Source of the DNA: Desulfobacterales bacterium
Lineage (GTDB): Bacteria; Desulfobacterota; Desulfobacteria; Desulfobacterales; UBA2174
Assembly (NCBI GenBank): GCA_963668645.2
Contig: CAXXWC010000003.1
Coordinates: 433,201-497,200 of the forward strand
DNA: 64,000 bases
Direction: 5' to 3'
This document shows, one piece after another, positions 9,651-19,668 of this stretch. How positions within the stretch are numbered: position 1 is the first letter of the stretch; every line of letters starts with the position of its first letter. The position numbers and the translations under genes are program-made. Below the pieces are notes generated by a model. That model was given only the letters and a program-made list of their open reading frames with translations, ran no database searches and was not told the DNA's origin.

Positions 9651-11463
9651 AATCCTCTCCTAGGTAGGCTTCGATCACCCGGCGATCGCTGGTTACCTCG
9701 CCCGGCAGGCCATCGGCGATTTTCTCCCCGTAATTGATCACCACGATCCGGTCCGACAGGCTCATCACCGCCCGCATGACATGCTCGATGATCAGCAAGG
9801 TGACCTTCTTTTGGGAAATCGCTTTAACCAGGTCGATGATTTCATCGGTCTCTTTGGGCGTCAGACCGGCCATGACCTCATCGAGAAGCAGCAGTTTCGG
9901 TTCGGTGGCCAGAGCGCGCGCCAACTCCAGGCGCTTGCGGTCCGCGATGGTGAGGTTTGCGGCACTGACGTCCCGGTAATTGCCAAGACCGACGAAATGC
10001 AGGACCTCCAGCGCCTTACGCTCTGCATCGCGGCGCCTGGGATACCGCGCAAAGGCGCCCACCATGATATTCTCGAGCACGGTCAGCGACACAAAAGGCT
10101 TGACGACCTGAAAGGTCCGGCCAATGCGCATGGCGCAGTAATGAAACGGTTTCTTGCGCCTGCCTGCCGACTTTCCAGCGATCTTCACCTTGCCGCGATC
10201 AGGCCTCAAAAAGCCGCTGATCAGGTTAAAGACGGTGGTCTTGCCCGCGCCGTTGGGTCCCAGCAAAGACAGAATTTCATTCTCATGCACATGGAAGGAA
10301 ACGTCGTTGACCGCCGTCAAGCCGCCAAAACATCGGCTAAGGCCCACGACTTCAAGCAGCCGTTTTGTGCTGTGCCCCCCGGCACGCTGGAGCTCCACCG
10401 GCATCCCAGAACGAAGCGAGGATGAAAAACCACGGGTAGCCCCCTCCCGGCTTGCAGCCGCGCCACCGGTCCATTTAGCAAAAAAGCGGCCATAGCCCTT
10501 CTGGAGCCCTTCGATGAGGCCTTTGGGCAAGTAGATCACCGCCACGATCAAGACCACACCGTAGATGAGCAGATTCAAACCGGCGAACTGCGGTCCGAGC
10601 CAGCCCCTTAACAGCACGTCCACCGGGGTGAGCACGAAGGCACCCAGGATCGGGCCGCCCACCGTTCCCAGGCCCCCGATGATGGAAAAAAGCGCCATGT
10701 TGATGGAGACCGAAAAGGAAAAAACCGAGTCCGGATCGATAAAAAGCAGATACTGGGCGTAGAAGGTTCCGGCCACCGAGGTGAAAAAGACGCTGACCCC
10801 CATGGCGATCAACTTGTATTTCAGTGTGTTGATCCCCAGCGCCTCGGCGGCCTCCTGGTTGTCACGCAACGCGGCGAAGTAATATCCGATCCTCGACCTG
10901 CTGATGGCCCGGGAGGTAGCGTAAACGGCCAGCAGAAAAAACAGCGAGATATAGACATAGCAGGTCTTATCGCGGAACATGAAGTTGCCCAAGCCCTCGC
11001 TGAAAGGGATGATAAGTCCCACGCTGCCCTGGGTGATGTCCCTAAAATAGACCGACAAGATGTGAAACACCGATCCGATGGCTACCGTGGCCAGGGCAAA
11101 AAAATGGCTTTTGAGCCTGAAACAGGGCAGACCGATGAAGATCCCCACCACCACCGCACCGATCGCACCGACGAACATGCCGATCCACGGGGAAAGGCCG
11201 TAGTTTAAAAAAAGCAGGGTAGAGCTATAGGCGCCGATACCGAAAAAAGCGGTGTGGCCCAGGGAGATTTGCCCGCAAAAACCGCCCAGAATATTCCAGG
11301 CACCGGCCATGGCGGCATGAAAAAACATCATCACCAGCACATCTTGTAAAAAGGGATTCTTCACCAGCAGCGGCAGCACGAAACCGGCCACGATTAACAA
11401 AACGGTCAGATAGACCCTGGGATTTTTAAGTACCACTGCGTCTTGCCTGGAGCTCGACGTCAT
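9634..11463 (-). CDS. Fused LivM permease and LivG ATPase, set 2
   Basis: N-terminal membrane region (WNILGGFCGQISLGH) continues in frame into GPNGAGKTT...LLDEVMAGL...EAYLG. Confidence 0.85.
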   Translation of the reverse strand: MTSSSRQDAVVLKNPRVYLTVLLIVAGFVLPLLVKNPFLQDVLVMMFFHAAMAGAWNILGGFCGQISLGHTAFFGIGAYSSTLLFLNYGLSPWIGMFVGAIGAVVVGIFIGLPCFRLKSHFFALATVAIGSVFHILSVYFRDITQGSVGLIIPFSEGLGNFMFRDKTCYVYISLFFLLAVYATSRAISRSRIGYYFAALRDNQEAAEALGINTLKYKLIAMGVSVFFTSVAGTFYAQYLLFIDPDSVFSFSVSINMALFSIIGGLGTVGGPILGAFVLTPVDVLLRGWLGPQFAGLNLLIYGVVLIVAVIYLPKGLIEGLQKGYGRFFAKWTGGAAASREGATRGFSSSLRSGMPVELQRAGGHSTKRLLEVVGLSRCFGGLTAVNDVSFHVHENEILSLLGPNGAGKTTVFNLISGFLRPDRGKVKIAGKSAGRRKKPFHYCAMRIGRTFQVVKPFVSLTVLENIMVGAFARYPRRRDAERKALEVLHFVGLGNYRDVSAANLTIADRKRLELARALATEPKLLLLDEVMAGLTPKETDEIIDLVKAISQKKVTLLIIEHVMRAVMSLSDRIVVINYGEKIADGLPGEVTSDRRVIEAYLGEDYAAET

Positions 11464-11476
11464 CAGGTTGCCTTTC

Positions 11477-12349
11477 TCAAGCAGTTTCTTTATGGCCGAG
11501 CAGGCCGGTGGGTCGGACAAACAGGATCAAGATAAAAATAATAAAATATATCGCCTCTTTAAGGTGAGGTGAGATAAAAAAACCGCTGAACGACTCCACC
11601 AGCCCGATCAGCAGGCCGCCGATCAGGGTTCCCACCATGCTGTTGTATCCGCCCAGGATCACGACCACGAAAGCCGTCAGGCAAAACAAACCGCCCACGG
11701 TCGGAAAAGCGTAGTATACCGGCATGATCGCCGCCCCGCCGATGGCCGTGCAGCCCACCCCGATGCCGAAAGCGATCTGATAGGTGCGGTTGACATTGAT
11801 GCCCATTAACATCGCGGCCCTTCTTTCCTGGGCCAGAGCCCGGATCGCTTTTCCCGTATAGGTGCGCTTTAAAAAGACGAACAATCCGATGATGACGGCC
11901 ACGGCGCTGCCGAAAGCGACCAGGCGCGTCAGGCCGACCATCAAATCACCGGACTGCAATACCGTTCCGGAGTAAGCGGTTTTGAGCGTCTTGTAATCCG
12001 CCTTCCACATCAGCAGAGCGAAATTTTGCAGAACCAGCGACAGGCCCACCGTGGCAAAAATCTGATTGAGTGCCGGCGCGTCCAGAATCGGCTGGATGAT
12101 GCAGCGTTGCACGGCCATTCCGAAAAGGAAAAACAGCGGTGCAACAATAACGATGCTCAGATACGGATCGATTCCCATGGTCGTGAACAGGTAGTAGGTG
12201 GTATACATACTGAGCATCAGAAATTCGCCGTGGGCGAAGTTGATGATCTCGATCACGCCGAAAATCAGACACAAGCCGATACTGATCAGTGCATAGATGC
12301 CTCCGAGCAGGATCCCGTTCAGCGCCAATTGCAAAATGGTCGTCAACAT
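11477..12349 (-). CDS. livH: HAAT ABC transporter permease, LivH-like, set 2
   Basis: GLCLIFGVIEIINFAHGE, GKAIRA, VILGG. Confidence 0.85.
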   Translation of the reverse strand: MLTTILQLALNGILLGGIYALISIGLCLIFGVIEIINFAHGEFLMLSMYTTYYLFTTMGIDPYLSIVIVAPLFFLFGMAVQRCIIQPILDAPALNQIFATVGLSLVLQNFALLMWKADYKTLKTAYSGTVLQSGDLMVGLTRLVAFGSAVAVIIGLFVFLKRTYTGKAIRALAQERRAAMLMGINVNRTYQIAFGIGVGCTAIGGAAIMPVYYAFPTVGGLFCLTAFVVVILGGYNSMVGTLIGGLLIGLVESFSGFFISPHLKEAIYFIIFILILFVRPTGLLGHKETA

Positions 12350-12391
12350 GATCATTTCCTTCTGTCTGCCGCATCGTAACGCAAATAAGGA

Positions 12392-12461
12392 GAAGCCGGC
12401 CGCCACTGTTTCACCGGACCTCGATGGCGATCTAAAAGTGCAGGATCCGCCGGCCGGCTTC
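12392..12461. other. Inverted repeat after substrate-binding gene 2
   Basis: GAAGCCGGCCG (12392-12402) and CGGCCGGCTTC (12451-12461). Confidence 0.4.
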
Positions 12462-12543
12462 CTTCCTTTTCCGTTCTCAGAAAGAAGCACCATCCGCTTG
12501 GGGGCGAAACGTCAAGACGACATTCCGCCCGCGGTTTAGCGGA

Positions 12544-13800
12544 TCAGCTGGATGCTTTTCTTTCCTTCCAGGTGGGCAACGGTACGATGATCTCTTTGCC
12601 CTTGACGGCGGCCTCGGCCGGCCAGACGGTCCAGAGCTTGCCGTCCTGCCACTGCACGGTGACGAGCCTGGCCCGGGTGTTCTGGCCCGTTTCATCGAAC
12701 TTCACCCCGTAGCCGGTGACCGTTTGCTGGTTGGGGATGTCGATGGAAAGCGCCGCCCGGCGCACATCTTCGGCCTTGGTGGAGCCGGCCTTCTCCAGCA
12801 CCTGCCACAGCACCATGGTCCCCATGTAATTGACCGTGGGATAGGCCGAGGTGATCTCATGACCGAACACTTGCTTATACTTTTCCATCAATTCGCTCAC
12901 GCCCGGCGCGTAAGCCGGGTTGACGGCATCCGAAGGCGGGCAAAAGGAGGTATCCATCAGGCCGGCCACATCGTTGCCCAGCGCTTTTTGAAAATCGCCC
13001 ATGCTGGCACCGCCGCCAAGGCCGATAAACGCCTTGACGTTGAAGTTGAGTTCCTTGCACTGGCGCCAGAAAAGGATCAGATCCGTCAGATAGTTCGACC
13101 CGAGGAGGATATCGGGCTTTGCCATCCTCAGGCGCAGAATCATGGGCGACAGGTCCACGGCCTTGCGGTTGTAAAACTCTTTCACATCCAGCTTCAGGCC
13201 GACATCCTTGAGCAGACCGTCAACATCTTCAGCCAGGCTGCTGCCCATCAACGAGTCTTCGAAAATGCCGGCGATCTTCACCTTTTTATGGTCAAGGCCG
13301 AGTTTGTCACAAACGCCACCGCGAGCGACCTGGGCCGCCCACTGGGCATACCAGGCCGAACGCGGACAGGTCCGGAAGAGGTATTTGAACCCGCGCTCGG
13401 TGATTTTGTTGGAAATTGCCCCCAGTTCCCAGTAGACCTTGCCGTATTTCTCGGCCACCTCGCTGGCGACATAGCTGATGGAACTCGAATAAGAACCGAG
13501 GATGATGTCCACCCCTTCCTTGGAGATCAGACGCTCGGCCTCGGTCACCGCCGTTTGCGGGGTTACCGCGTCGCCTTTGACAAAAACAATCTGCTTGCCC
13601 CCCACCCCACCATTCTCGTTTTGCACGATCCTGGCCAGTTCGGCTCCCTGGAAGCTGTCGATGCCCAGACGCGCCAGATCTCCACTGAATGGGAACAAGC
13701 ACCCGATCTTCAACTGCTCTCCGGATGCCGCCGCCGAACCGCCGGCAAGTGTGATGCAGGCCAAAAACGTTACCGCCATGATGAAACCAGACTTTTTCAT
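12544..13800 (-). CDS. HAAT ABC transporter periplasmic substrate-binding protein, set 2
   Basis: Signal peptide MKKSGFIMAV..AAA, LKIGCLFPFSG, ITERGFKYLFR; GAGGAG SD. Confidence 0.85.
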   Translation of the reverse strand: MKKSGFIMAVTFLACITLAGGSAAASGEQLKIGCLFPFSGDLARLGIDSFQGAELARIVQNENGGVGGKQIVFVKGDAVTPQTAVTEAERLISKEGVDIILGSYSSSISYVASEVAEKYGKVYWELGAISNKITERGFKYLFRTCPRSAWYAQWAAQVARGGVCDKLGLDHKKVKIAGIFEDSLMGSSLAEDVDGLLKDVGLKLDVKEFYNRKAVDLSPMILRLRMAKPDILLGSNYLTDLILFWRQCKELNFNVKAFIGLGGGASMGDFQKALGNDVAGLMDTSFCPPSDAVNPAYAPGVSELMEKYKQVFGHEITSAYPTVNYMGTMVLWQVLEKAGSTKAEDVRRAALSIDIPNQQTVTGYGVKFDETGQNTRARLVTVQWQDGKLWTVWPAEAAVKGKEIIVPLPTWKERKASS

Positions 13801-13928
13801 CTCCTCGTCTCCCCCATCGGTTATGGTTTGGGTGCTGCGCTGTTCGGCCACAGGCCCGCGGATCCGCTCCCCAGGTCAGGAAAAACCGGCCGCCAGCGCC
13901 CACCTTGAATTTTCCGCCGCCCGGCGGA

Positions 13929-15098
13929 TCATCCCTGCGTCTCCGCCACGCGGCTGCAGCCGAACATCCGCATGAAATTCAGGTAAATTTCCTCAGCCAT
14001 TCTAAGTTGCTTGATCGGCATGCTCTCCTTGGCGGTGTGAACGATGAATTCGTCGCCGGGGCCTATGCCGATGGTGGGAATATGAAAATCATTGACGATG
14101 TAGCTCGAGTCCAGAGTGAACTGCCAGCTTCGCAGCTTCGGGCTTTGGGCGGTCTTTTGCTCCACAGCCTGTTTCATCATCTGTACGTATGGGGTGTTCG
14201 GATCGATGAAGGTCGGTCGCATCCGATCCGAGACCACCTTGAGTTCATACTTGAAATCCGGATTCTTTTCGCCCAGCCCTTCGAGGATCGCCAACAGTTC
14301 ATCTTTCCGGTCGCTGGGACTTTCGCCCGGGAAGTAGCGGCTGTCGAATGTCAGCCGGCATCGGTCCGGGACCACGCTCAAGCGTCCGGGACTGCATTCG
14401 ATATTGGTCACGGCACAGGTGGCCCGGCCGAGAAAGGGGTGGCTTTTGGACTCCAGGCTCTGGATGTATCCATCCAGCGCGTTGAGAAAATCGCGCATGG
14501 TCAAAACGGCGTTGATACCGCCGTGGGGATTGCTGCCGTGGGAGGTCTTGCCGAAGGTCTCGAGGCAGAACTGGACGTACCCCCTGAAGCCGAGGCAGAT
14601 GTCCAGGTTGCTCGCCTCGCCGATCACCGCCACCTGCGGTTGGACATCGAGATGCTGCATGGCGTAAGTCGTGCCGGTCCCATTGGCCGGCTCTTCCTCC
14701 ACCACAGCATGAAATAGGACGTTGGGCGGCTGGGCCAGTTCGTCCAACCGGCTGAAGGCGGCGATATAGGCTGCCAGCGCGCCTTTCATGTCCACGCTGC
14801 CACGGCCGTAGAGCACATCGCCCGCCGCGCCGAATTTGGCTCCGTCTTCGATGCGGCCGGAAAACGGATCGGGCATATCCCCAGGATCGACGGTATCCAT
14901 GTGCCCGTTGAAGAGCACGGTCGGCGCCTTCTCGTCAAAGATGCGCTGCGCGATGACGTTTCCAATCCCGTCGATGCACACCGTATCGAAGAAGGGTTCA
15001 ACCGTTTCTTTTACCACGGCGGCCAGTTCGGCTTCGTTTCCCGTCGTGCTGGGGATCCTAACGAACCGCTGCGCCAGTGCCACCACGTCCATCGCCAT
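13929..15098 (-). CDS. M20 family metallo-amidohydrolase (ArgE/DapE/YgeY-like)
   Basis: NGHMDTV, GRGSVDMKG, VEEE, GEA, C-terminal His; AAGGAGG SD before ATG at 15098. Confidence 0.85.
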   Translation of the reverse strand: MAMDVVALAQRFVRIPSTTGNEAELAAVVKETVEPFFDTVCIDGIGNVIAQRIFDEKAPTVLFNGHMDTVDPGDMPDPFSGRIEDGAKFGAAGDVLYGRGSVDMKGALAAYIAAFSRLDELAQPPNVLFHAVVEEEPANGTGTTYAMQHLDVQPQVAVIGEASNLDICLGFRGYVQFCLETFGKTSHGSNPHGGINAVLTMRDFLNALDGYIQSLESKSHPFLGRATCAVTNIECSPGRLSVVPDRCRLTFDSRYFPGESPSDRKDELLAILEGLGEKNPDFKYELKVVSDRMRPTFIDPNTPYVQMMKQAVEQKTAQSPKLRSWQFTLDSSYIVNDFHIPTIGIGPGDEFIVHTAKESMPIKQLRMAEEIYLNFMRMFGCSRVAETQG

Positions 15099-15261
15099 CT
15101 GTGCCTCCTTAGGGTAAAGCCCGCGTTTTTTGGCAAAAAAATTTAAACGGCGTGTAAATAAGCCCGGCCGCCCAAAGACCCTGCAAATGCAGGTTTTCGC
15201 AGCCGTTGCGGCGCGCCGGTCCGTTTTGCTTCGACGCCTGCCTTTCCGGCAGCGGGGCAGT

Positions 15262-16401
15262 TTAGGGCTGGCCGACGCGGCACATGCTGTAGGTATCCGC
15301 GCCGGTGACCACCCGCAGGTAGCCGTGCAGCTGCTGGTCCAGGAGCGCATCGCCGGTATCCACCACCAGGGGCCGGCCCATCAGGGCCTGAAGTTTGCTC
15401 TGGGTGGCGACGACGATGATGTTCTCTCGGCCCGCGGCCCGGATGACGGATGGACTGATCTGCTGGTTGCCGCGCCCGAACAGATACCCCTGGCCGCCGA
15501 TGATGGTCACGACGATCTTGACCGCGTGCTTGCCGACCCACTCCAACAGGGTGCGTTCATCAGCGTCCTTGGCCACCAGGCGGCCCTGCCAAACGACATC
15601 CACACCCAGAAGGGTGCCATCGATTCCGGCCTGACGCTTGATGGCATGGGTTGTGGTGCCGGGGCCGATCAGATAGACCCAGGCCGGATCCTGCAGCTGC
15701 CCCGCGACGACATGGGCGATTTGCGCCAGCTGTTCGGCTTCGGAGGCGCCTCCGGCCATCTTGGCGCCCTGGATGAATTGAGCCAGATCGGGCACCTGCA
15801 AACAGCCATAAAGACGGGCGCGCACTTCTCCGCGCCGGAAGGCGTCCTCGTCGATGTCCATCACCTCGGCCTGGCGACACAGGAAACGGTGCTGCTCCAG
15901 GAAAGCCCTGGCGGCCATGCCGGCGTGTTTCGGTGTAAGGCCGAAAACGGCTGAATGGATCTTAACGCCGGCCGGCACGCCGAGCACCGGCAGCCGTTCT
16001 CCCAGCGCCGCACAAACATTGCGCGCCGTCCCGTCACCACCGGCAAAAAGGAGCAGATCCACCTGCCGGCTTTCCATCCAGCGTGCCGCGGCCTCGGTAT
16101 CGGCCCCGCTGGTGTCGCCGTCAGCCGGTGCCCCCCCGACCTCGGGTGTAAATCCCGCCTGACGGCAGACGGTTTCACCCATCGGTCCGGCCCAGGTCAA
16201 AACATCGAGACGGCTTGCCAGGGGCGTCAATACGGCCAGGGCCTCCTGCGCACGCAAGGGGGCTTCGGACAGGCCCCCTCTTTGCCGGGCCAGCTGCAGC
16301 ATCTCGGCGCCATCGCTGCCTTTTAGCCCGAGGCGGCCGCCGATACCGGCGATGGGGTTGACGATGACCCCCAGTTTGCGTTTTGGCCTCTGTGTTTGCA
16401 T
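15262..16401 (-). CDS. ATP-NAD kinase fold protein (COG3199/AcoX-like), function uncertain
   Basis: IVNPIAGIGGRLGLKGSDG, GGDGTAR, GVPAGVKIHSAVF, GQGYLFGRGNQQ. Confidence 0.75.
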   Translation of the reverse strand: MQTQRPKRKLGVIVNPIAGIGGRLGLKGSDGAEMLQLARQRGGLSEAPLRAQEALAVLTPLASRLDVLTWAGPMGETVCRQAGFTPEVGGAPADGDTSGADTEAAARWMESRQVDLLLFAGGDGTARNVCAALGERLPVLGVPAGVKIHSAVFGLTPKHAGMAARAFLEQHRFLCRQAEVMDIDEDAFRRGEVRARLYGCLQVPDLAQFIQGAKMAGGASEAEQLAQIAHVVAGQLQDPAWVYLIGPGTTTHAIKRQAGIDGTLLGVDVVWQGRLVAKDADERTLLEWVGKHAVKIVVTIIGGQGYLFGRGNQQISPSVIRAAGRENIIVVATQSKLQALMGRPLVVDTGDALLDQQLHGYLRVVTGADTYSMCRVGQP

Positions 16402-16417
16402 AGCCGGCCGGCCGTCT

Positions 16418-17995
16418 TTATTCCTTGTCCGTAATTATGGACAGGCCCTTTTTGAGGTACTGCCGCCACGTGACGGCGATGCGCACCGGATCGTCGATGA
16501 ACTGGTCCGGCACCCGGTGGATCGGTGCCCGGTAAGGTGCGTTCTTGACGAATTCGGGATCGTCGTAGGCCTCCTTGGCGATCTGGTGCAGCACGGCGAC
16601 GTACTCGTCCATATCGTCCCGGGAGTAGGACTCGCACGGTTCCAGGGTGAACGGCTCGGGCACCACCCAGGGGTGATGGCTGGTCCAGTAGTGCTGCAGC
16701 CCGAAATCGGCGATGCGCCGCTTGACGTCCTCGGTGCCCACGCCGGTCTCCTCGCGCAGCTTTTCCCAGGAAAAACGCACCTGCTCCAGACGCCGCTGGC
16801 CGCTGGCATAGTGCAGCGTCACCCCGGGGATCTTGCGCACCTCGGCTTCCAGGTAGTTGCTGTTGAGCACCGAGCAGATCGCCGCTTCCCGCAACCCCTC
16901 GAAACCGTGTTGCAGGATCCAGGCATAGGCCTTGAGCGCCACGGGAACGTTGCCCAGAAAAGAACGGACCCGCCCGATGCTCTGGGGCCGGTCGTAATCC
17001 AGATGATAGCGCTGCCCGTCGTAGACGATGCGCGGGACCGGCAGGAAAGGCTCAAGCGCCGCGGTTGCACCCAAAGCCCCCAGAGCCGGCCCCATGCAGC
17101 CATGGGGAGCGGAAAAGGTCTTATGCAGATTGAAATGGCAAAGATCGAAACCGGACTCGCGGGCCCTGGCGATGCCCAGCACCGCATTGGCATTGGCCTG
17201 ATCGTAAGCGCAAAGGCCGCCGACTCCGTGCACGGCCTGCACGTAGGCATCGATATTGGGGTTGTAGATGCCGGTATCTTCCGGATTGGTGATGAAGAGC
17301 CCGGCCGTGCGTTCCGAGACGGCCGCCCGCAACGCCGCCAGGTCAGGCAGTCCGTTTTCATCGGGCATCAGGGTGATCACCTTATACCCTGCGGTGGCCG
17401 GCGCAGCCGCGTTGGCCGGATGCGAGAAGATGGTGGTAACGATTTCGTCGCGATGGGTTTCGCCGCGGGCCCTGTGGTAGGCGCGCATGATGGCGGCATT
17501 GGTGAAAATGGCGTGGGCCCCGCCCCCCGGCTGGAAACAGAAGTGGTCCAGCCCCGATATCTCGCGCAAAAAACGTTCCAACTGGTGGAGGATCTCAAGG
17601 ATGCCTTGAATCGTTTCGGCCGGCTGCAAGGGGTGGACTTCGGTCAGCCCCGGATGCCTTGCGGCCACGTGCTCCTGGACCTTGGGACTGTACTTCATGG
17701 TACAGGTGGCCATGGATATGTCCGGGGTCACGTCGACGCCCAGGGTCTCCTGGCTCAAACGCGCGTAATGGCGCACGATGCGCGGCTGGCTCACCTCGGG
17801 CAGGGCCGGCGGTGCCTGGCGCCGTAAGGAGGCCGGGATCAGCGACACCCCGTCGCCCACCGCCGCAGCCACCTCCGGTTCGGCCCGGGGTACCAGGACC
17901 CCGCGCTGGCCGGACTCGCTCAGCTCGTAGATGATCTCCTCGTCCCAGCGGGCCTGGTGGAATCGACGCAGTTTGTCCGAACGCCGTCTCGCCAT
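16418..17995 (-). CDS. gcvPB: Glycine-decarboxylase-like P protein, beta subunit (divergent GcvPB)
   Basis: LPEVSQ..IVRHY, TCTMKYSP, HPLQP, LFITNP, FNLHKTF with the PLP lysine, EPCES. Confidence 0.8.
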   Translation of the reverse strand: MARRRSDKLRRFHQARWDEEIIYELSESGQRGVLVPRAEPEVAAAVGDGVSLIPASLRRQAPPALPEVSQPRIVRHYARLSQETLGVDVTPDISMATCTMKYSPKVQEHVAARHPGLTEVHPLQPAETIQGILEILHQLERFLREISGLDHFCFQPGGGAHAIFTNAAIMRAYHRARGETHRDEIVTTIFSHPANAAAPATAGYKVITLMPDENGLPDLAALRAAVSERTAGLFITNPEDTGIYNPNIDAYVQAVHGVGGLCAYDQANANAVLGIARARESGFDLCHFNLHKTFSAPHGCMGPALGALGATAALEPFLPVPRIVYDGQRYHLDYDRPQSIGRVRSFLGNVPVALKAYAWILQHGFEGLREAAICSVLNSNYLEAEVRKIPGVTLHYASGQRRLEQVRFSWEKLREETGVGTEDVKRRIADFGLQHYWTSHHPWVVPEPFTLEPCESYSRDDMDEYVAVLHQIAKEAYDDPEFVKNAPYRAPIHRVPDQFIDDPVRIAVTWRQYLKKGLSIITDKE

Positions 17996-18008
17996 TCCGG
18001 TGACCTCC

Positions 18009-19427
18009 TTAAACGTCCGTCCGTGAAGCCAGAATCGTCGTCAATGCGTCGACCAGGGTGTCGATGTCCGCCTTGCGCATCACCTCGGTCACGCAGTAAA
18101 GGGCGCTATTGCCCAGCCAGGGAAAATCGGCGCACAGATCGATGCCGCCGAAGATACCCCGCTCCAGCAAGGCGGCGTTGATCTCCGCCACGCGCTGCCC
18201 GGTATCGTCGAAGTTGACGACGAACTCCTTGAAGTAAGGACCCGCCAGTCCCGCACGCACACCAGGCAAAAGCGCCAGCCGGCCGGCGGCGTACTGGGCC
18301 ATCTGCATGATGGTCTGCCCCACCTCGACCATTCCGGACGGTCCGAGAAGGGCCAGGTAGGCACCGGCCGTGATGGACCACAAGGCGTTGGAGGTTCCGC
18401 TGAACTCCTTGGCCTTTTCCCGCGATCCGAAAGACGTCCGGCCGAACAGGACGTTGGCGAAGCCGAACTCGCCCGGTTTGACCGTGGGCGCCAGTCCGTA
18501 CATCTTGTCCTTGAACTCGGCCACATAGCGCATGTCGTCGTGAGTGGCGATAAAGCCGGCCTGGCCGCCGCCGCACTGCATGTGCAGTCCCAGCGGGTGG
18601 TAGTCGCCGCAGGCGATGGTGGCGCCGTAGGCGGCTGGCGGGGCCAGAACGCCAAGGGCGATGGGATCGGTGGCCACCACGAACTCAGCCCCGTGGCGCC
18701 GGGCCAGACGACCGATCTGCTCCACCCCGGTTTCGATAAAACCGAGGTAGGCCGGATTCTCGACCAGCACGGCGGCCACATCCTCGCCCAGCCGGGCCTC
18801 GATGTCAGCCAGATCCATACACCCGGTGGCCGGATCGAAGGCCACAGGTTCCACCACCACCTGGGCCGTGTCCACCCCGGCAAGGTAGTTGTCGACCACC
18901 ATGCGTGTCTGCGGGGCCAGGGTGGTGGGAACCAGAACGCGCCGCCGCCCGGTCATGCGCGCGGCCATGCGCAAAGAGGTGGCCACGGCCTGGGTCCCGT
19001 CGTACAGAAACCCGTTGACCACATCCATATCGAGCAGCTCGGCCATGTGGCTGCAATACTCGAACAAGGCCTGCCATTTGCCGTGATCCGCGTAAAACTC
19101 GGCCGCATAAGCGGTGAGAAATTCCCCCCGGCCGTTGACTTCGTCACAAACGGCCGGAACGAAGTGCTGGGCGCACCCGCCCCCCATGAAATTGAGGGTT
19201 CGGCCGCAGTGGCGATTACGCTCCAACAGGCCTTCCAGATGGCGGCGCAGCGAATATTCGTCTGCCACCGGCTCGGGCAGATCCATGCGGCCCCGGAACT
19301 TGAGCCGGTCGGGAATTTCGCTGAAAAGCTGATCGGTGTTATCGAGGCCGAGCATGGCGAGCATTTCGGCCTTCACCCGGGGGACGGCGTTGGGGATATA
19401 GGGATAATCCTTGAATTCGGTGGGCAT
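18009..19427 (-). CDS. gcvPA: Glycine-decarboxylase-like P protein, alpha subunit (divergent GcvPA)
   Basis: YPYIPN..MLAMLG..LFSEIP, FMGGG..HFVP, RGEFLTAY, LYDG, REKA; start moved to MPTEFK (SD GGAG). Confidence 0.8.
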   Translation of the reverse strand: MPTEFKDYPYIPNAVPRVKAEMLAMLGLDNTDQLFSEIPDRLKFRGRMDLPEPVADEYSLRRHLEGLLERNRHCGRTLNFMGGGCAQHFVPAVCDEVNGRGEFLTAYAAEFYADHGKWQALFEYCSHMAELLDMDVVNGFLYDGTQAVATSLRMAARMTGRRRVLVPTTLAPQTRMVVDNYLAGVDTAQVVVEPVAFDPATGCMDLADIEARLGEDVAAVLVENPAYLGFIETGVEQIGRLARRHGAEFVVATDPIALGVLAPPAAYGATIACGDYHPLGLHMQCGGGQAGFIATHDDMRYVAEFKDKMYGLAPTVKPGEFGFANVLFGRTSFGSREKAKEFSGTSNALWSITAGAYLALLGPSGMVEVGQTIMQMAQYAAGRLALLPGVRAGLAGPYFKEFVVNFDDTGQRVAEINAALLERGIFGGIDLCADFPWLGNSALYCVTEVMRKADIDTLVDALTTILASRTDV

Positions 19428-19503
19428 CCAGGTCTCCGTATGACTTGCCGGGGTATCAGGAATCGCCAAGGGTGCGTTCAATGTCACAGATTCAGAGCAA
19501 TAT

Positions 19504-19519
19504 GCTTTAACGTTTAAGC
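19504..19519. promoter_or_regulatory. Putative LacI-family operator O1 (GCTTTAACGTTTAAGC)
   Basis: 14/16 palindrome with central CG, just downstream of the gcvPA -10 box; repeated at 19681. Confidence 0.7.
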
Positions 19520-19531
19520 GCTTTTGACTGA

Positions 19532-19560
19532 AAGCTACTAATAATGAAAAAAAATGTCAA
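19532..19560 (-). promoter_or_regulatory. Sigma70-type promoter of the gcvP-like operon
   Basis: TTGACA-N17-TAGCTT on the minus strand, with an AT-rich tract upstream. Confidence 0.65.
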
Positions 19561-19668
19561 CTATTTTTTTATTGTATATTTATAAGTAGTTATACATCAA
19601 GTCGACCATATCCGCTCAGTCCGCGAACACTTTCCACCAGGGCCGGCTCCGAAAAGGACCGAAAATTC

